Assembly (NCBI RefSeq): GCF_004010195.1
Contig: NC_057757.1
Location: 7,685,198 to 7,735,524 of the forward strand
Direction: 5' to 3'
Origin: Chiloscyllium plagiosum
Taxonomy: Eukaryota
Length of the DNA stretch: 50,327 nt
Shown here: positions 13,209 to 23,271 of the stretch, piece after piece
How the letters are laid out: every line of letters begins with the position of its first letter
Position numbering within the stretch: position 1 is the first letter of the stretch
The notes under the pieces: model-generated
What the model was told of the DNA's origin: nothing
What the model saw: only the letters and a program-made list of their open reading frames with translations
Databases searched by the model: none
Made by a program: the position numbers and the translations under genes

Positions 13209-13299
13209 CGAAATGTCGATTTTACTGCTCCTCGGATGCTCCCTGAACTGCTGGTCAGCACTGAGACCTGGCTGCAGGATGAAGTTCTAGGACATTCCT

Positions 13300-13700
13300 G
13301 AAGAGGGCGCGCGATGTCTAACCCCCCCCCCCCACGCCCCCCGCCCCAGGACACCAGTGCGCAGGCGCTGGATTGAGCACTTTGGAGCATGAGAGATTTA
13401 ATGAAGGCCCCTTTTTCTGTCTCCAGATAATGGCGGGGAGGGAGTGCTCCTGGAGGTATAATAGAGCCAGCGATGGGAGAGGTGGTGCAATCCGTCTCGG
13501 TAATACCCAGTAAAGATCCCGCGAACCGAATAAGAATTAGCAGGTCCCGCGGGTTCATCCCTGATTTTAATTCCCGGGACCTGGGCCGTGGCCACCATTT
13601 TGTTTGGGACGAGGCGCATGCGCGGTTATTCTGGTGACACACAGCGAGGGGGCGGGGCCTCCCGTCCCATTGACGGAGACAGTGGAGGTGGGGAGGGGGA
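13300..13700. promoter_or_regulatory. CpG-rich island, putative bidirectional promoter of the two ZNF (pseudo)genes
   Basis: High CpG in an otherwise CpG-poor window. NRF1 palindrome GCGCATGCGC at 13614-13623 and TGCGCAGGCGC at 13358-13368. GC box GGGGCGGGGC at 13649-13658. YY1-like AATGGCGG (~13429) and AAAATGGTGGC (minus strand, ~13591-13601). Confidence 0.65.
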
Positions 13701-13864
13701 TGTGGCAGTGACCCCAGGAAGAGGGAGAGCCTGGAGGGGCTGGCATTCACAGGTCTGGTGATGGTGAGGGAAACATGACAGGGACAAATAATTCACCAGT
13801 ACTGGAATGGTCTGAACTTCTCTCCTGTACTGACAGTGATCACTTTAAAAAACTTCTTTTACAG

Positions 13865-14020
13865 GGGATCAGGAGAGGGCTAGAGAAAGGAAACTCAAAC
13901 CAAACCAAAAACAGTCAAAATCTGATACAACACAATGAATCAGGAACTGAATGTTATCGGTGTTTGAACGTGGAAGCAGAAGTTTACAACCAGATGCACA
14001 GCCTCGGAAAAGCTTTGCAC
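13865..14020 (+). pseudogene. Probable 5' part of the zinc-finger exon of the plus-strand ZNF pseudogene
   Basis: CTTCTTTTACAG acceptor at 13864, then ...GTECYRCLNVEAE...HS. This parallels the pre-finger segment of the minus-strand ZNF (TGAATTTGGAAGGAGAA vs TGAACGTGGAAGCAGAA). Confidence 0.55.
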
Positions 14021-14766
14021 CATTCACAGCAGACAGGACCTGGACAGCATAGAGTTACAGAGATCTACAGCACAGAAAAAGGTCCTTGAGCCCTTCAGCA
14101 ATTTAAACCAAACACACAGAAAAACTCACCTTGCCTCGTAATCTGTTNNNNNNNNNNNNNNNNNNNNNNNNNNNNNNNNNNNNNNNNNNNNNNNNNNNNN
14201 NNNNNNNNNNNNNNNNNNNNNNNNNNNNNNNNNNNNNNNNNNNNNNNNNNNNNNNNNNNNNNNNNNNNNNNNNNNNNNNNNNNNNNNNNNNNNNNNNNNN
14301 NNNNNNNNNNNNNNNNNNNNNNNNNNNNNNNNNNNNNNNNNNNNNNNNNNNNNNNNNNNNNNNNNNNNNNNNNNNNNNNNNNNNNNNNNNNNNNNNNNNN
14401 NNNNNNNNNNNNNNNNNNNNNNNNNNNNNNNNNNNNNNNNNNNNNNNNNNNNNNNNNNNNNNNNNNNNNNNNNNNNNNNNNNNNNNNNNNNNNNNNNNNN
14501 NNNNNNNNNNNNNNNNNNNNNNNNNNNNNNNNNNNNNNNNNNNNNNNNNNNNNNNNNNNNNNNNNNNNNNNNNNNNNNNNNNNNNNNNNNNNNNNNNNNN
14601 NNNNNNNNNNNNNNNNNNNNNNNNNNNNNNNNNNNNNNNNNNNNNNNNNNNNNNNNNNNNNNNNNNNNNNNNNNNNNNNNNNNNNNNNNNNNNNNNNNNN
14701 NNNNNNNNNNNNNNNNNNNNNNNNNNNNNNNNNNNNNNNNNNNNNNNNNNNNNNNNNNNNNNNNNN

Positions 14767-16487
14767 TCAAAAGGAAGAAGGCAGCTTACGTTAGATGGAG
14801 GAAGCAAGGATCTCGCACAGCTTTACAGGATCACAGACGTGCTAGAAAGGAGTTCAGTAATGGACTGAGGAGAGCCAGGAGAAGGCACGCAAAAGGCTTG
14901 GCAGGAAGGACTAGGGAGGACCCAAAGGCATTTTACTCATAAGTGAAGAATAGAGAACGATCAGGGAGAAGATAGGGCCAATCAGGGGTAGAGTAGGGAA
15001 CTTGTGCGTGGAGTCTGAGCAGATAGGGGAAGCCCCAAAAGAGTTTTTTTTTTGCTTTGGTTTTCACTAAGGGGAGGGACCTTGTTAATGAGAACTTTGA
15101 GGAGCTAGGATACAGGCTGGAACAGATCAAGATTGATGAGGTTCATGTGCTGGACATTTTGGCAAACATTAACATTGATAAGTCCCCAGGACCAGGAGAA
15201 AATGAGGACTGCAGATGCTGGAGACCAGAGTTGAAAAATGTGGTGATCGAAAGGCGCAGCAGGCCAGGCAGCATCCGAGGAGCAGGGGAATTGACGTTTC
15301 GGGCATAAGCCCTTTTTTCAGGATTGAGGCTGATGTGCCAAGCTTGGCACACCAGCCTCATTCCTGAAAAAGAGCTAATGCCCGAAACTTCGATTCTCTT
15401 GCTCCTCGGATGCTGCTTGGCCTGATGCGCCTTTCCAGCACCACACTTTTCAACTCAAGTCCCTAGTACCAGACCAGATTTATCCTAGGCTACTACGGGA
15501 AGCAAGAAAGGAGGTTGCTTACCGCTGGTGAAGGTCTTTGCTTCCTCACTCTCCACAGGAGTCGTATAGGAGGATTGCTAGGAGGCGAATGTTGTTCCTC
15601 TTTTCAAGAAGGGTAATAGGGAAATCCCTGGCAATTACAAACCAGTCAGTCTTACCTCTGTGGTCAGCAAGGTTTTGGAAAGAATTCTGATGACTATTTG
15701 GAAACGCATAGCGTGATTAAAGGCAGTCAGCATGGCGTTGTGAGGGGCAGGTCATCCATCATAAATCTGATTGAGTTCTTTGAGGAAGTGACAGAACACA
15801 TCGATGAAGGTCAAGCTAGTGGATGTGATGTATAAGGACTTCAGCAAGGCATTTGATAAGGTTCCCCATGGTAGGCTCATCCATAAAGTCAGGAGAGGTA
15901 TGGGTTTTGGGAGATTTGGCTATTTGAAATCAGAATTGGCTGGCTGACAGAAGATGGAAAGTATTCTGCCTGGAGGTCAGTGTTGAGTGGGTTCCCACAG
16001 GGGTCTGTTCTTGCGCCTCTGCTCTTTGTAGTTTTTCTAAATGACTTGGATGAGGAGATTGAGGGGTGGGTTAGTAAATTTACAGATGCCATATAGGTTG
16101 GAGGTGCCATGATAGTACCGAGGGCTATTGCAGGCTGCAGCACAACATAGACAGGATGCAGAGCTGGGCTGAAAAATGGCAGATGGAATTAAACTCGATA
16201 AACGCGAAATGATGCAATTTGAAAGGTCAAACTAGAATGCTGAATCCAGGATTAAAGACCGGATTCTTGGCAGTGTGGAGGAACAGAGGGATCTTGCTGT
16301 TCAAGTACATAGTTCCTGTAAGTATGCCACCCAAGTGGATAGGGTTGTTAAGAAAGCATATGGTATTTTGGCTTTCAATAACAGGGGTAAATAAATTTAA
16401 GAACCGAGAGGTTTTGCTACAGATCTACAGTTCCCTGGTGAGACCACACTTGGAATATTGTGTCCAGTTTTTGTTGCCCGACTATTG
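14767..16487 (+). mobile_element. CR1 LINE ORF2 (reverse transcriptase) fragment, disrupted
   Basis: DKSPGP/DQIYPRLL, ANVVPLFKKGNREIPGNYKPVSLTSVVSKVLE, DFSKAFDKVPH, GFPQGSVLAPLLFVVFLNDLD, SLVRPHLEYCVQF. Confidence 0.95.
15196..15456. mobile_element. PLE-derived palindromic (fold-back) element, ~115-bp arms with no loop, 16-bp TSD
   Basis: Arms 15228-15342 and 15343-15456 are centred on TGTGCCAAG|CTTGGCACA. TSD AAGTCCCCAGGACCAG (15180-15195) / AAGTCCCTAGTACCAG (15457-15472). It interrupts the CR1 at the DKSPGPD motif. Confidence 0.9.
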
Positions 16488-16744
16488 AAACTGATTGGTT
16501 GAATTCAAATGGTGGTCAAACTACTGAGGTATCGAGTTTACAACCAAATGTTACATATTTTCAATTTCCCAGTACACTCTGAGACTGCTACTCAGTCACA
16601 CGACAGTTGCACTCGCTGCCAAAACATCTCCCTTAAAGGTACAGTATGCATCTTCAACTTCATAACAACATCTTAAATATTTGGAGAGTTTCTCCTTCTG
16701 AAACCCTTACAGAAAGTGAGTTCCCGTTTCCCACCACCCTGGGG

Positions 16745-17373
16745 CTGTGTTTGTGTGTGGGCAAGGCTTTAACTGATCACCCAAACTGGAGACAAGCAAC
16801 AACATCAGTACCACAGGGAAACCATGTAAACATGGGGATTGTGGAAAGGCATTCAAATACTCATTTCTGCTGAAAATGCATCCGCACAGTCACACTGGAG
16901 AGAAGCCATTCTCCTGCACTCAGTGTGGGAAAGGATCCATTCAGTCAACAACTCTGCTGACATATCAGCTATTTCACACAAGGGAAAGACCATTCACCTG
17001 TTGTCTCTGTGAGAAAGGATTCACCTAGAGTGACTGGTAGATCAGGTTCATACTGAGGCGAAGCTATTCATTCCCCTGTTCCATTTGAGAAAGGGATTTA
17101 CTCAACTGTCACAACTACCGATCCATCAGCATGTTCTAACTGCGGAAAGAATATTCGTCTACCATGTGTGAGAAAGGATTCACTATTTCATCTAAACCTC
17201 TGACCCATCAGTGAGTTCACACTGCGTCGAGGCCATTCGCCTGCCCTGTATGAGAGGAAGGATTCACAACTTCATCCAACCTCTGACACATCAGCCGATT
17301 CATACCTGGAGTTACCTCTTCAACCTGTGCAAGTAGGTTTAGTCAGCTCACACGCCAGCAAGTCGATGTGTGA
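16745..17373 (+). pseudogene. C2H2 zinc-finger array pseudogene, about 7-8 decayed fingers
   Basis: VCGQGFN*SPKL...KPCKHGDCGKAFKYSFLLKMHPHSHTGEKPFSCTQCGKG...HTRERPFTCCLCEKGFT*...HTASRPFACPV*EEGFTTSSNL*, with multiple stops and frameshifts. Confidence 0.92.
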
Positions 17374-18534
17374 CTGCAGAGGTTGGAATATTCCATTATT
17401 CCTGTTGCTCGTGACATCCAGCACTGAATCAGGTATGTCCATACAGTAAGGGTTTGTTTCTGCTGAAGTTACCTCCTTATCACTAGAGTAGAGTTGAAGA
17501 TTGTTGTCATTCTAGCTGACAGCGTTCTTCGGGGTATAGTGACTTTTTAAAACCAGCTCTCTGTGATCATTCTGCCAAATTCAGACAAAATTCACAGACA
17601 ATTAGTGTGCAACTAATATTGAATTTCTGCTTCAAATGGAACTTGCTCCCTGGTAAAAGAACTGAAATTTNNNNNNNNNNNNNNNNNNNNNNNNNNNNNN
17701 NNNNNNNNNNNNNNNNNNNNNNNNNNNNNNNNNNNNNNNNNNNNNNNNNNNNNNNNNNNNNNNNNNNNNNNNNNNNNNNNNNNNNNNNNNNNNNNNNNNN
17801 NNNNNNNNNNNNNNNNNNNNNNNNNNNNNNNNNNNNNNNNNNNNNNNNNNNNNNNNNNNNNNNNNNNNNNNNNNNNNNNNNNNNNNNNNNNNNNNNNNNN
17901 NNNNNNNNNNNNNNNNNNNNNNNNNNNNNNNNNNNNNNNNNNNNNNNNNNNNNNNNNNNNNNNNNNNNNNNNNNNNNNNNNNNNNNNNNNNNNNNNNNNN
18001 NNNNNNNNNNNNNNNNNNNNNNNNNNNNNNNNNNNNNNNNNNNNNNNNNNNNNNNNNNNNNNNNNNNNNNNNNNNNNNNNNNNNNNNNNNNNNNNNNNNN
18101 NNNNNNNNNNNNNNNNNNNNNNNNNNNNNNNNNNNNNNNNNNNNNNNNNNNNNNNNNNNNNNNNNNNNNNNNNNNNNNNNNNNNNNNNNNNNNNNNNNNN
18201 NNNNNNNNNNNNNNNNNNNNNNNNNNNNNNNNNNNNNNNNNNNNNNNNNNNNNNNNNAAGAATTGAAGGGATATGGGCCAGGAGCAGGCGGTGGGACTAG
18301 TTTTGTTTGGGATTATGGTTAGCATTGACTTGAGGGGAACCAAAATGTCTGTTTCAATGCTGTTTGACTTTATCACTGACATTCCCCTTAAGTCTCCTCC
18401 CTCTTAGCTTAAATATCTGCACTGCCTTACAGTCTTTACAGCATTTGTCTTAATTGGTTCCTCCATCAAGGGGAATATTTCCTTACTGTCTACCCAATCA
18501 ACACCTCGCATTATTTTATACATCTCAATGATGT

Positions 18535-19300
18535 CATAGAGTCAAACAGATGTACAACACATAAACAGATCCTTCAACCCAACTCATCCATGCCGACCAG
18601 ATATCCGAAATTAACCTAGTCCCATTTACCAACACTTGGCCCTCTAATCCCTTCCAATTCAAGTTAAAAATCACACAACACCAGGTTATAGTCCAACTGG
18701 TTTATTTGGAACCATTAGCTTTCGGAACGCTGCTCCTTCGTCAGGTGGTTGTGGAGTTTTCTTCTACACTCCCGATGCCTTTTATATGTTACTAGCCACG
18801 TACTGGCCTGCACTTCCTCTTGCATACACGCACCGCCTGTTGCATGAAAAAGTTGCACCTTCGGAACCTTGTAAGTCTTTCTCCTCTCACTCTAAACCTA
18901 AGCCCTCTAGTTCTGGACTTCCCCAACCGCCCCCCTCTCCCCACCCCCACCAGGGAAATGACCTTGTCTATTAACCCTATCCATGCAGCCATAATTTTAT
19001 CAACCTCCAGAATGTCACTCCTCAGCCTTCGACACTCCAGGGAAAACAGCTGCAGCCTGTTCAGCCTCTCCCTGCAGTTAAAACCCTCCAACCCAGGCAA
19101 CATCCTTGTAAATCTTTTCTGAACCCTTTCAAATTTCACAACATCCTTTTTGAGGAATCAGAGCAGAATTGCACACAATACTTCAAAGGTGGCCTAACCA
19201 ATGTCCTGTACAGCCACAACATGACCTCCAAACTCCTTTACTCCGTGCTCTGACTAATGAGGTAAAGCATCTCAAATGCCTTCTTCACTATCTTATCTAC
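18535..19300 (-). mobile_element. HER1/CR1 LINE 3' fragment (contains a PLE terminus insertion)
   Basis: ORF 18792-19139 reads ERVQKRFTRMLPGLEGFNCRERLNRLQLFSLECRRLRSD. GACTCTATGAC tail at ~18535. Confidence 0.9.
18663..18756 (-). mobile_element. Solo PLE terminus with hammerhead motif
   Basis: Reverse complement of 43350-43443. Minus strand reads CAC-CTGACGA-AGGAGC-AGC-GTTCC-GAAA-GC-TA. Confidence 0.8.
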
Positions 19301-20230
19301 CTGTGACTCCCCTCTCAATCTCTCTGGCCGAAGGAAAACGACCCAATCTTTCCAGTCTCTCTTCATAACTGAAACTCTCCAGCTCAGACAACATCTTTCC
19401 AAGTCTTGAGTGCTAACATATCCCTTCTTAAATGTGGATTCCAGAAATGCAGACAACAAGCTAGCTGTCCCCTAGCCAATGTTTTAAACAGTTCCAACAT
19501 AACTCCCCAGCTCAAACTTTGTGCTTAATAACGAAAGCCGAGCTTATCACCTATTCCGGTGCTTAAATGACTGGTGGACAGGCACATCAAGGTCCCTCTG
19601 ATCTTCAGTGCTTTCCAGGGTCCTAATGTTCATCATGTATCCCCTTGCCATGTTTGTCCTCCTATGATCTAAGCCTATCTTCCTCATTTGCCACCACACT
19701 TGTTTTCATACCATCTATGAATCACTGATCAATCCTCCTACTTTCATGTGAAAATTATTTCTATTAACCCAGAAACAGCAAGGACACAATACTGGCCTCT
19801 GCAAGATCCCTCTGGGCACAAGCTTCCAGTTACAGAAACACATCTCAACCCCTGTCATTCTCTGCTTCCTGCCACTCAGCCCATTGTGTATCCAGTTTGC
19901 CAAATTTACTTGGAATCCATGGGCTCTTGTCTTTGCCATCAGTGTCCCGTGCTGGACCTTAACAAAAGACTCACTGAAGTCCAAGGAGACTACATCAAAT
20001 GCATTGCTGTCATCTAAACGTCTGGTCACCTGTACAATAAATTCAATCAGGTTGGTCACACATGACCTTCCTTTCATAAAACCACACCTAACATTCTTAC
20101 TTGACCCCTTCATGCTGCAAGTGCAGATTCATTATGTTCCTAATTATTGATTCCAACATTTTCCCCACCGTCAGTCTGATTGGCCGGTAGTTTCCCGGTT
20201 TCTCCCTCCTTCCTTCTTGAAGACCTTGTC
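19300..20230 (-). mobile_element. Degenerate CR1 RT fragment(s)
   Basis: ORF 19715-20113 reads GFMKGRSCVTNLIEF...DVVSLDFSESFVKVQH...WIHNGLSGRKQR. Confidence 0.85.
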
Positions 20231-21296
20231 ACGTTGGCTGTTTTTAATTGATGTCTGCAGCCAAGTGTTAGGTCTCTTGTACAACTTAGCGAAGGTGGAA
20301 AGGGACAGTGGTAGCGACTTTACCTCTGAGCTAGGAGATCCAGGTTCAAGTCCCACTTGGTCAAGAGGAATATCGTACCATCACTGAACAGTTTGGTTGA
20401 GAAATTATCTCCAAGGTGTTTTTGATCCAACTGGAATTGTTTGCTGCTCTCCTGAAATGACTTAGTTAATCCAGAATAGACATTCCAATAATACCTCTGC
20501 ACCTGAATGGCACTATCTCTTCTCAATCTAATGTTACTTGTACCTTCCATCCCAACCTCTTTTGGGAGCTGTACAACACTCACTTTACTCTAGTTGTGAC
20601 ATTTGCAGCTTTTAAAAACTTTCACATTTGTATCTTTGCCAGTTTTATTTTGAAAATCAAAGACCAATCAACCTGAAACAGTAGCAGGAATTTATCTTCT
20701 TGGATACACAATATAACCACACACACACATGTTTTGATGGATAGATGATTTCTTCCAGGACTGAACCCTAAACTTGGATGATAACTGCAAATGACTTCCT
20801 GGATCTTTTTGTGCAGCGCCCATTGCATCGACAGCATTGGTCTGTTTGTGTGCCTGCTTTTTTAAAGCGTGGCCAAGCAACAAGTGATTCATAACAGTTT
20901 TCCTCCAATGCATGTTTAAGGCATGTGTTTGTGTTATGTTTCACTGAGTGTTGATCTAGTCTTCTAAAATGGGGAGTGGTTTCCATCCCATATTACCACA
21001 CCAGCGTGCCTTTAGGGCCCTGAGGAAATGATTAGGGAAGTGTATGTGTACCGTTCCAACTCCTGCACCCTGTACCGCCAGATAGTGCTCCCTCTGTTCC
21101 TCAGAAAGCACCTCCTCAGTATACTTACCCCTAAAGTATCTCGAAAGACATTCATGCCTTCAACGCCACAGAAAGCAAACCTGTTGCCCCCTTGGACCGT
21201 GTTCATCCCCAAATCTCTTCTCACTGTGATGATCCACAGCCGCCCCCAAGATTGGAGCCCAGGGCCCAGAACATTATTTGGGTCTCTGGATTGATC

Positions 21297-21560
21297 ACAG
21301 AATCCATACGATGTGGAAGCAGGCCATTCGGACTATCAGGTTCACACTGACCCTTGGCAGAGCATCCCACCCACCTTCTCTATCCCTGGATCCCTTCATT
21401 TCCTCTGGCTATTCCACCTAGCCTGCACATCTTTGGACAGTGGTAGGGAACTGGAGCAACCTGAGGCAGACAGGGGGAGAATGTGCCAACTCCACACAGA
21501 CAGTCGTCCGAGGCTGGAATCGAATCAGGGTGGGGTGAGGCAACACTGAGCTTCCGTGGC
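21297..21560 (-). mobile_element. Degenerate HE1-type V-SINE
   Basis: Contains AACTCCACACAGACAGTCG..GAGGCTGGAATCGAA and CTGCACATCTTTGGACAGTGG. Confidence 0.8.
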
Positions 21561-21964
21561 AATCACATCATCTCCTCCCCGTTGATGACCGTTTGATTTA
21601 TATTTTCGAGGAGTATCTAACTTTTCTAGTGTTTATTTAAGAACGACGAGGGACAAGGACATTGTGTCCACACGTTCAAGATGCTCGATTCCGCTCTAAA
21701 CATGTTTCTATCAATTTCAAAAAATACTTTATTAATAAAAACGTCTTTATGTACAAACGTAGTTACTGAAGTTAAATTGATAAGGATCTTTGTAAAGTGC
21801 ATGTAAATCTTTATTTGTTCTCCCATGTACCACGCCCTCCGAATACAGTACCTTACAAAGCATTAAACATGTTTGTCAGCTTTCAGCAGAAGCAGCCTCA
21901 GGGAATTGAACACAGACTGAATTGCGCAGTGACGCTTGAATCAGGTCAGATCAAATTCTCAAGC

Positions 21965-22229
21965 AAACAGATGGCTGGGGAAATTCAACAGATCATGCAG
22001 CAACGGTGAAGAGAGAGAGGAACAATTCGCATTTCAAGTGACCCTTCCTCAAAACGGTCTGTTCTGAAGGAACTTCCCGCAGAAATCGCTGGATTGAAAG
22101 GTGAATTCTCTCTCTGTCTCTTTCTCCCTCTCCCTTCAGAAATGCTGCCGGACATGCTTAGCTTCTTCAGCAATCTCTGTATTGATGTTTCAGGTCGCCA
22201 GCGCGTCCGGACAGGTTGGTTTTAGTGTT
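21965..22229. mobile_element. Old PLE-terminus-derived fold-back element with 12-14-bp TSD
   Basis: Degenerate inverted arms (ACAGATGGCTGGGGAAATTCAACAGATCATGCAGCA vs TGCTGCCGGACATGCTTAGCTTCTTCAGCAATCTCTGT; CTTCCTCAAAAC vs GTTCTGAAGGAA). TSD AAATTCTCAAGC (21953-21964) / AAATTCCCAAGC (22230-22241). Confidence 0.6.
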
Positions 22230-22284
22230 AAATTCCCAAGCTTGTTCTATTTAAGGGATAGAATTCCTCTGTTACAAAGGAGGG

Positions 22285-22470
22285 TCAGTTACCTCAGCTA
22301 ACAGGTTCGTGATGCCAACATCGTTGGCTCAATCTCTATCATGTCTGAAATTACCATGAAGGCCCCAGCTTCTCAACATCGTCCCTCACCTGAGGTTTGT
22401 GACCCACCAGCCCTCTCTGTCTGACAAGATAGCAGCTCTCGGGTCCTCCTGGTCTATATTAACTTCCTAA
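22285..22470 (+). mobile_element. Degenerate tRNA-like SINE of a second family
   Basis: Decayed A/B-box head (CAGTTACCTCAGC..GGCTCAATCTC) followed by TTACCATGAAGG..TTCTCAAC..CCTGAGG, recalled from shark short repeats. Confidence 0.4.
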
Positions 22471-22784
22471 CTTTAAAATGACACTCCAATAACAGAGCTC
22501 TTTACATGGTTCAGGTCAAAATCCTGGAGCTCCCTCCCTAACACCACTGTGGGACAGCCAAGGATTGCAGCAGGAGAGGACAGCTCACTCCCACCTTCCA
22601 GGCAACTATTAGAGGGTGTGGTAATCATATGCAAGCCAAATTTCAAAATAAGTTTTGTTACAGGGTCACGATGGATGGTCACTAAGACTGTTTCTTTACC
22701 TCTGTTGAAATCAGCATAATGGAGAATCAAAGGGTGGGTTGAAAATGACAATGACAGCCTTTCGTAGGTTGATGTTTATTAGAG

Positions 22785-23030
22785 TTTGTATCGACAGTAT
22801 GAATGTTTGAGCACTTATTCAAGGGCATGCAGGTAGCTGCTAGAGGAAGTGATGGGGGCTGGTACAATTGTGGCATTTAAAATGCCTCAGGATGAGTATG
22901 TGAATAGGAAGGGTTCAGAGGGACATCAGCGAAATGCTAGCAAATGGAATGAAATGAGATGAGCATATCTGGTTGGTATGGACGAGTTGGACAGGAGTGT
23001 CTGTTTCCATGCTTTGCATCTCTGTGACTC
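22785..23030 (+). mobile_element. HER1/CR1 3' UTR fragment
   Basis: GGCTGGTACAATTGTGGCATTTAAAA...GAATAGGAAGGGTT...TCTGTTTCCATGCT..CATCTCTGTGACTC. Confidence 0.75.
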
Positions 23031-23034
23031 CGAG

Positions 23035-23113
23035 GAGAAAGTGAGGTGTGCAGATGCTGGAGATCAGAGATGGAAATGTGTTGCTGGAAAAGCGCAGCAG
23101 GTCAGGCAGCATC
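23035..23113 (-). mobile_element. PLE terminus running into a gap
   Basis: GAGAAAGTGAGG.TGCAGATGCTGGAGATCAGA...GGAAAAGCGCAGCAGGTCAGGCAGCATC, matching the ends at 15196 and 47723. Confidence 0.8.
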
Positions 23114-23271
23114 NNNNNNNNNNNNNNNNNNNNNNNNNNNNNNNNNNNNNNNNNNNNNNNNNNNNNNNNNNNNNNNNNNNNNNNNNNNNNNNNNNNNNNN
23201 NNNNNNNNNNNNNNNNNNNNNNNNNNNNNNNNNNNNNNNNNNNNNNNNNNNNNNNNNNNNNNNNNNNNNNN

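Larger units (their letters stand above)
11724..13251 (-). mobile_element. 5'-truncated Penelope-like element (GIY-YIG, Neptune-like) with inverted terminal copy and 14-bp TSD
   Basis: YIGETGRLIAERFREH...HFNSPSH...RRLEEERLIFCLGTLQPQGINVDF (ORF 12027-12368), preceded by a Cys-rich FPC..NCKT linker. 12648-12873 plus 13214-13251 is the reverse complement of ~11795-12060. TSD TGGTCATCACTGAG (11710-11723) / TGGTCAGCACTGAG (13252-13265). Confidence 0.92.

Noticed and set aside
15196..15456. Classification as a DNA-transposon MITE or as a retrozyme
   Set aside because: The arms are identical in kind to termini of GIY-YIG-coding PLE fragments in this window, TSDs are long and variable, and one end is unpaired. 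The hammerhead motifs are inverted, not in direct repeats as in retrozymes.
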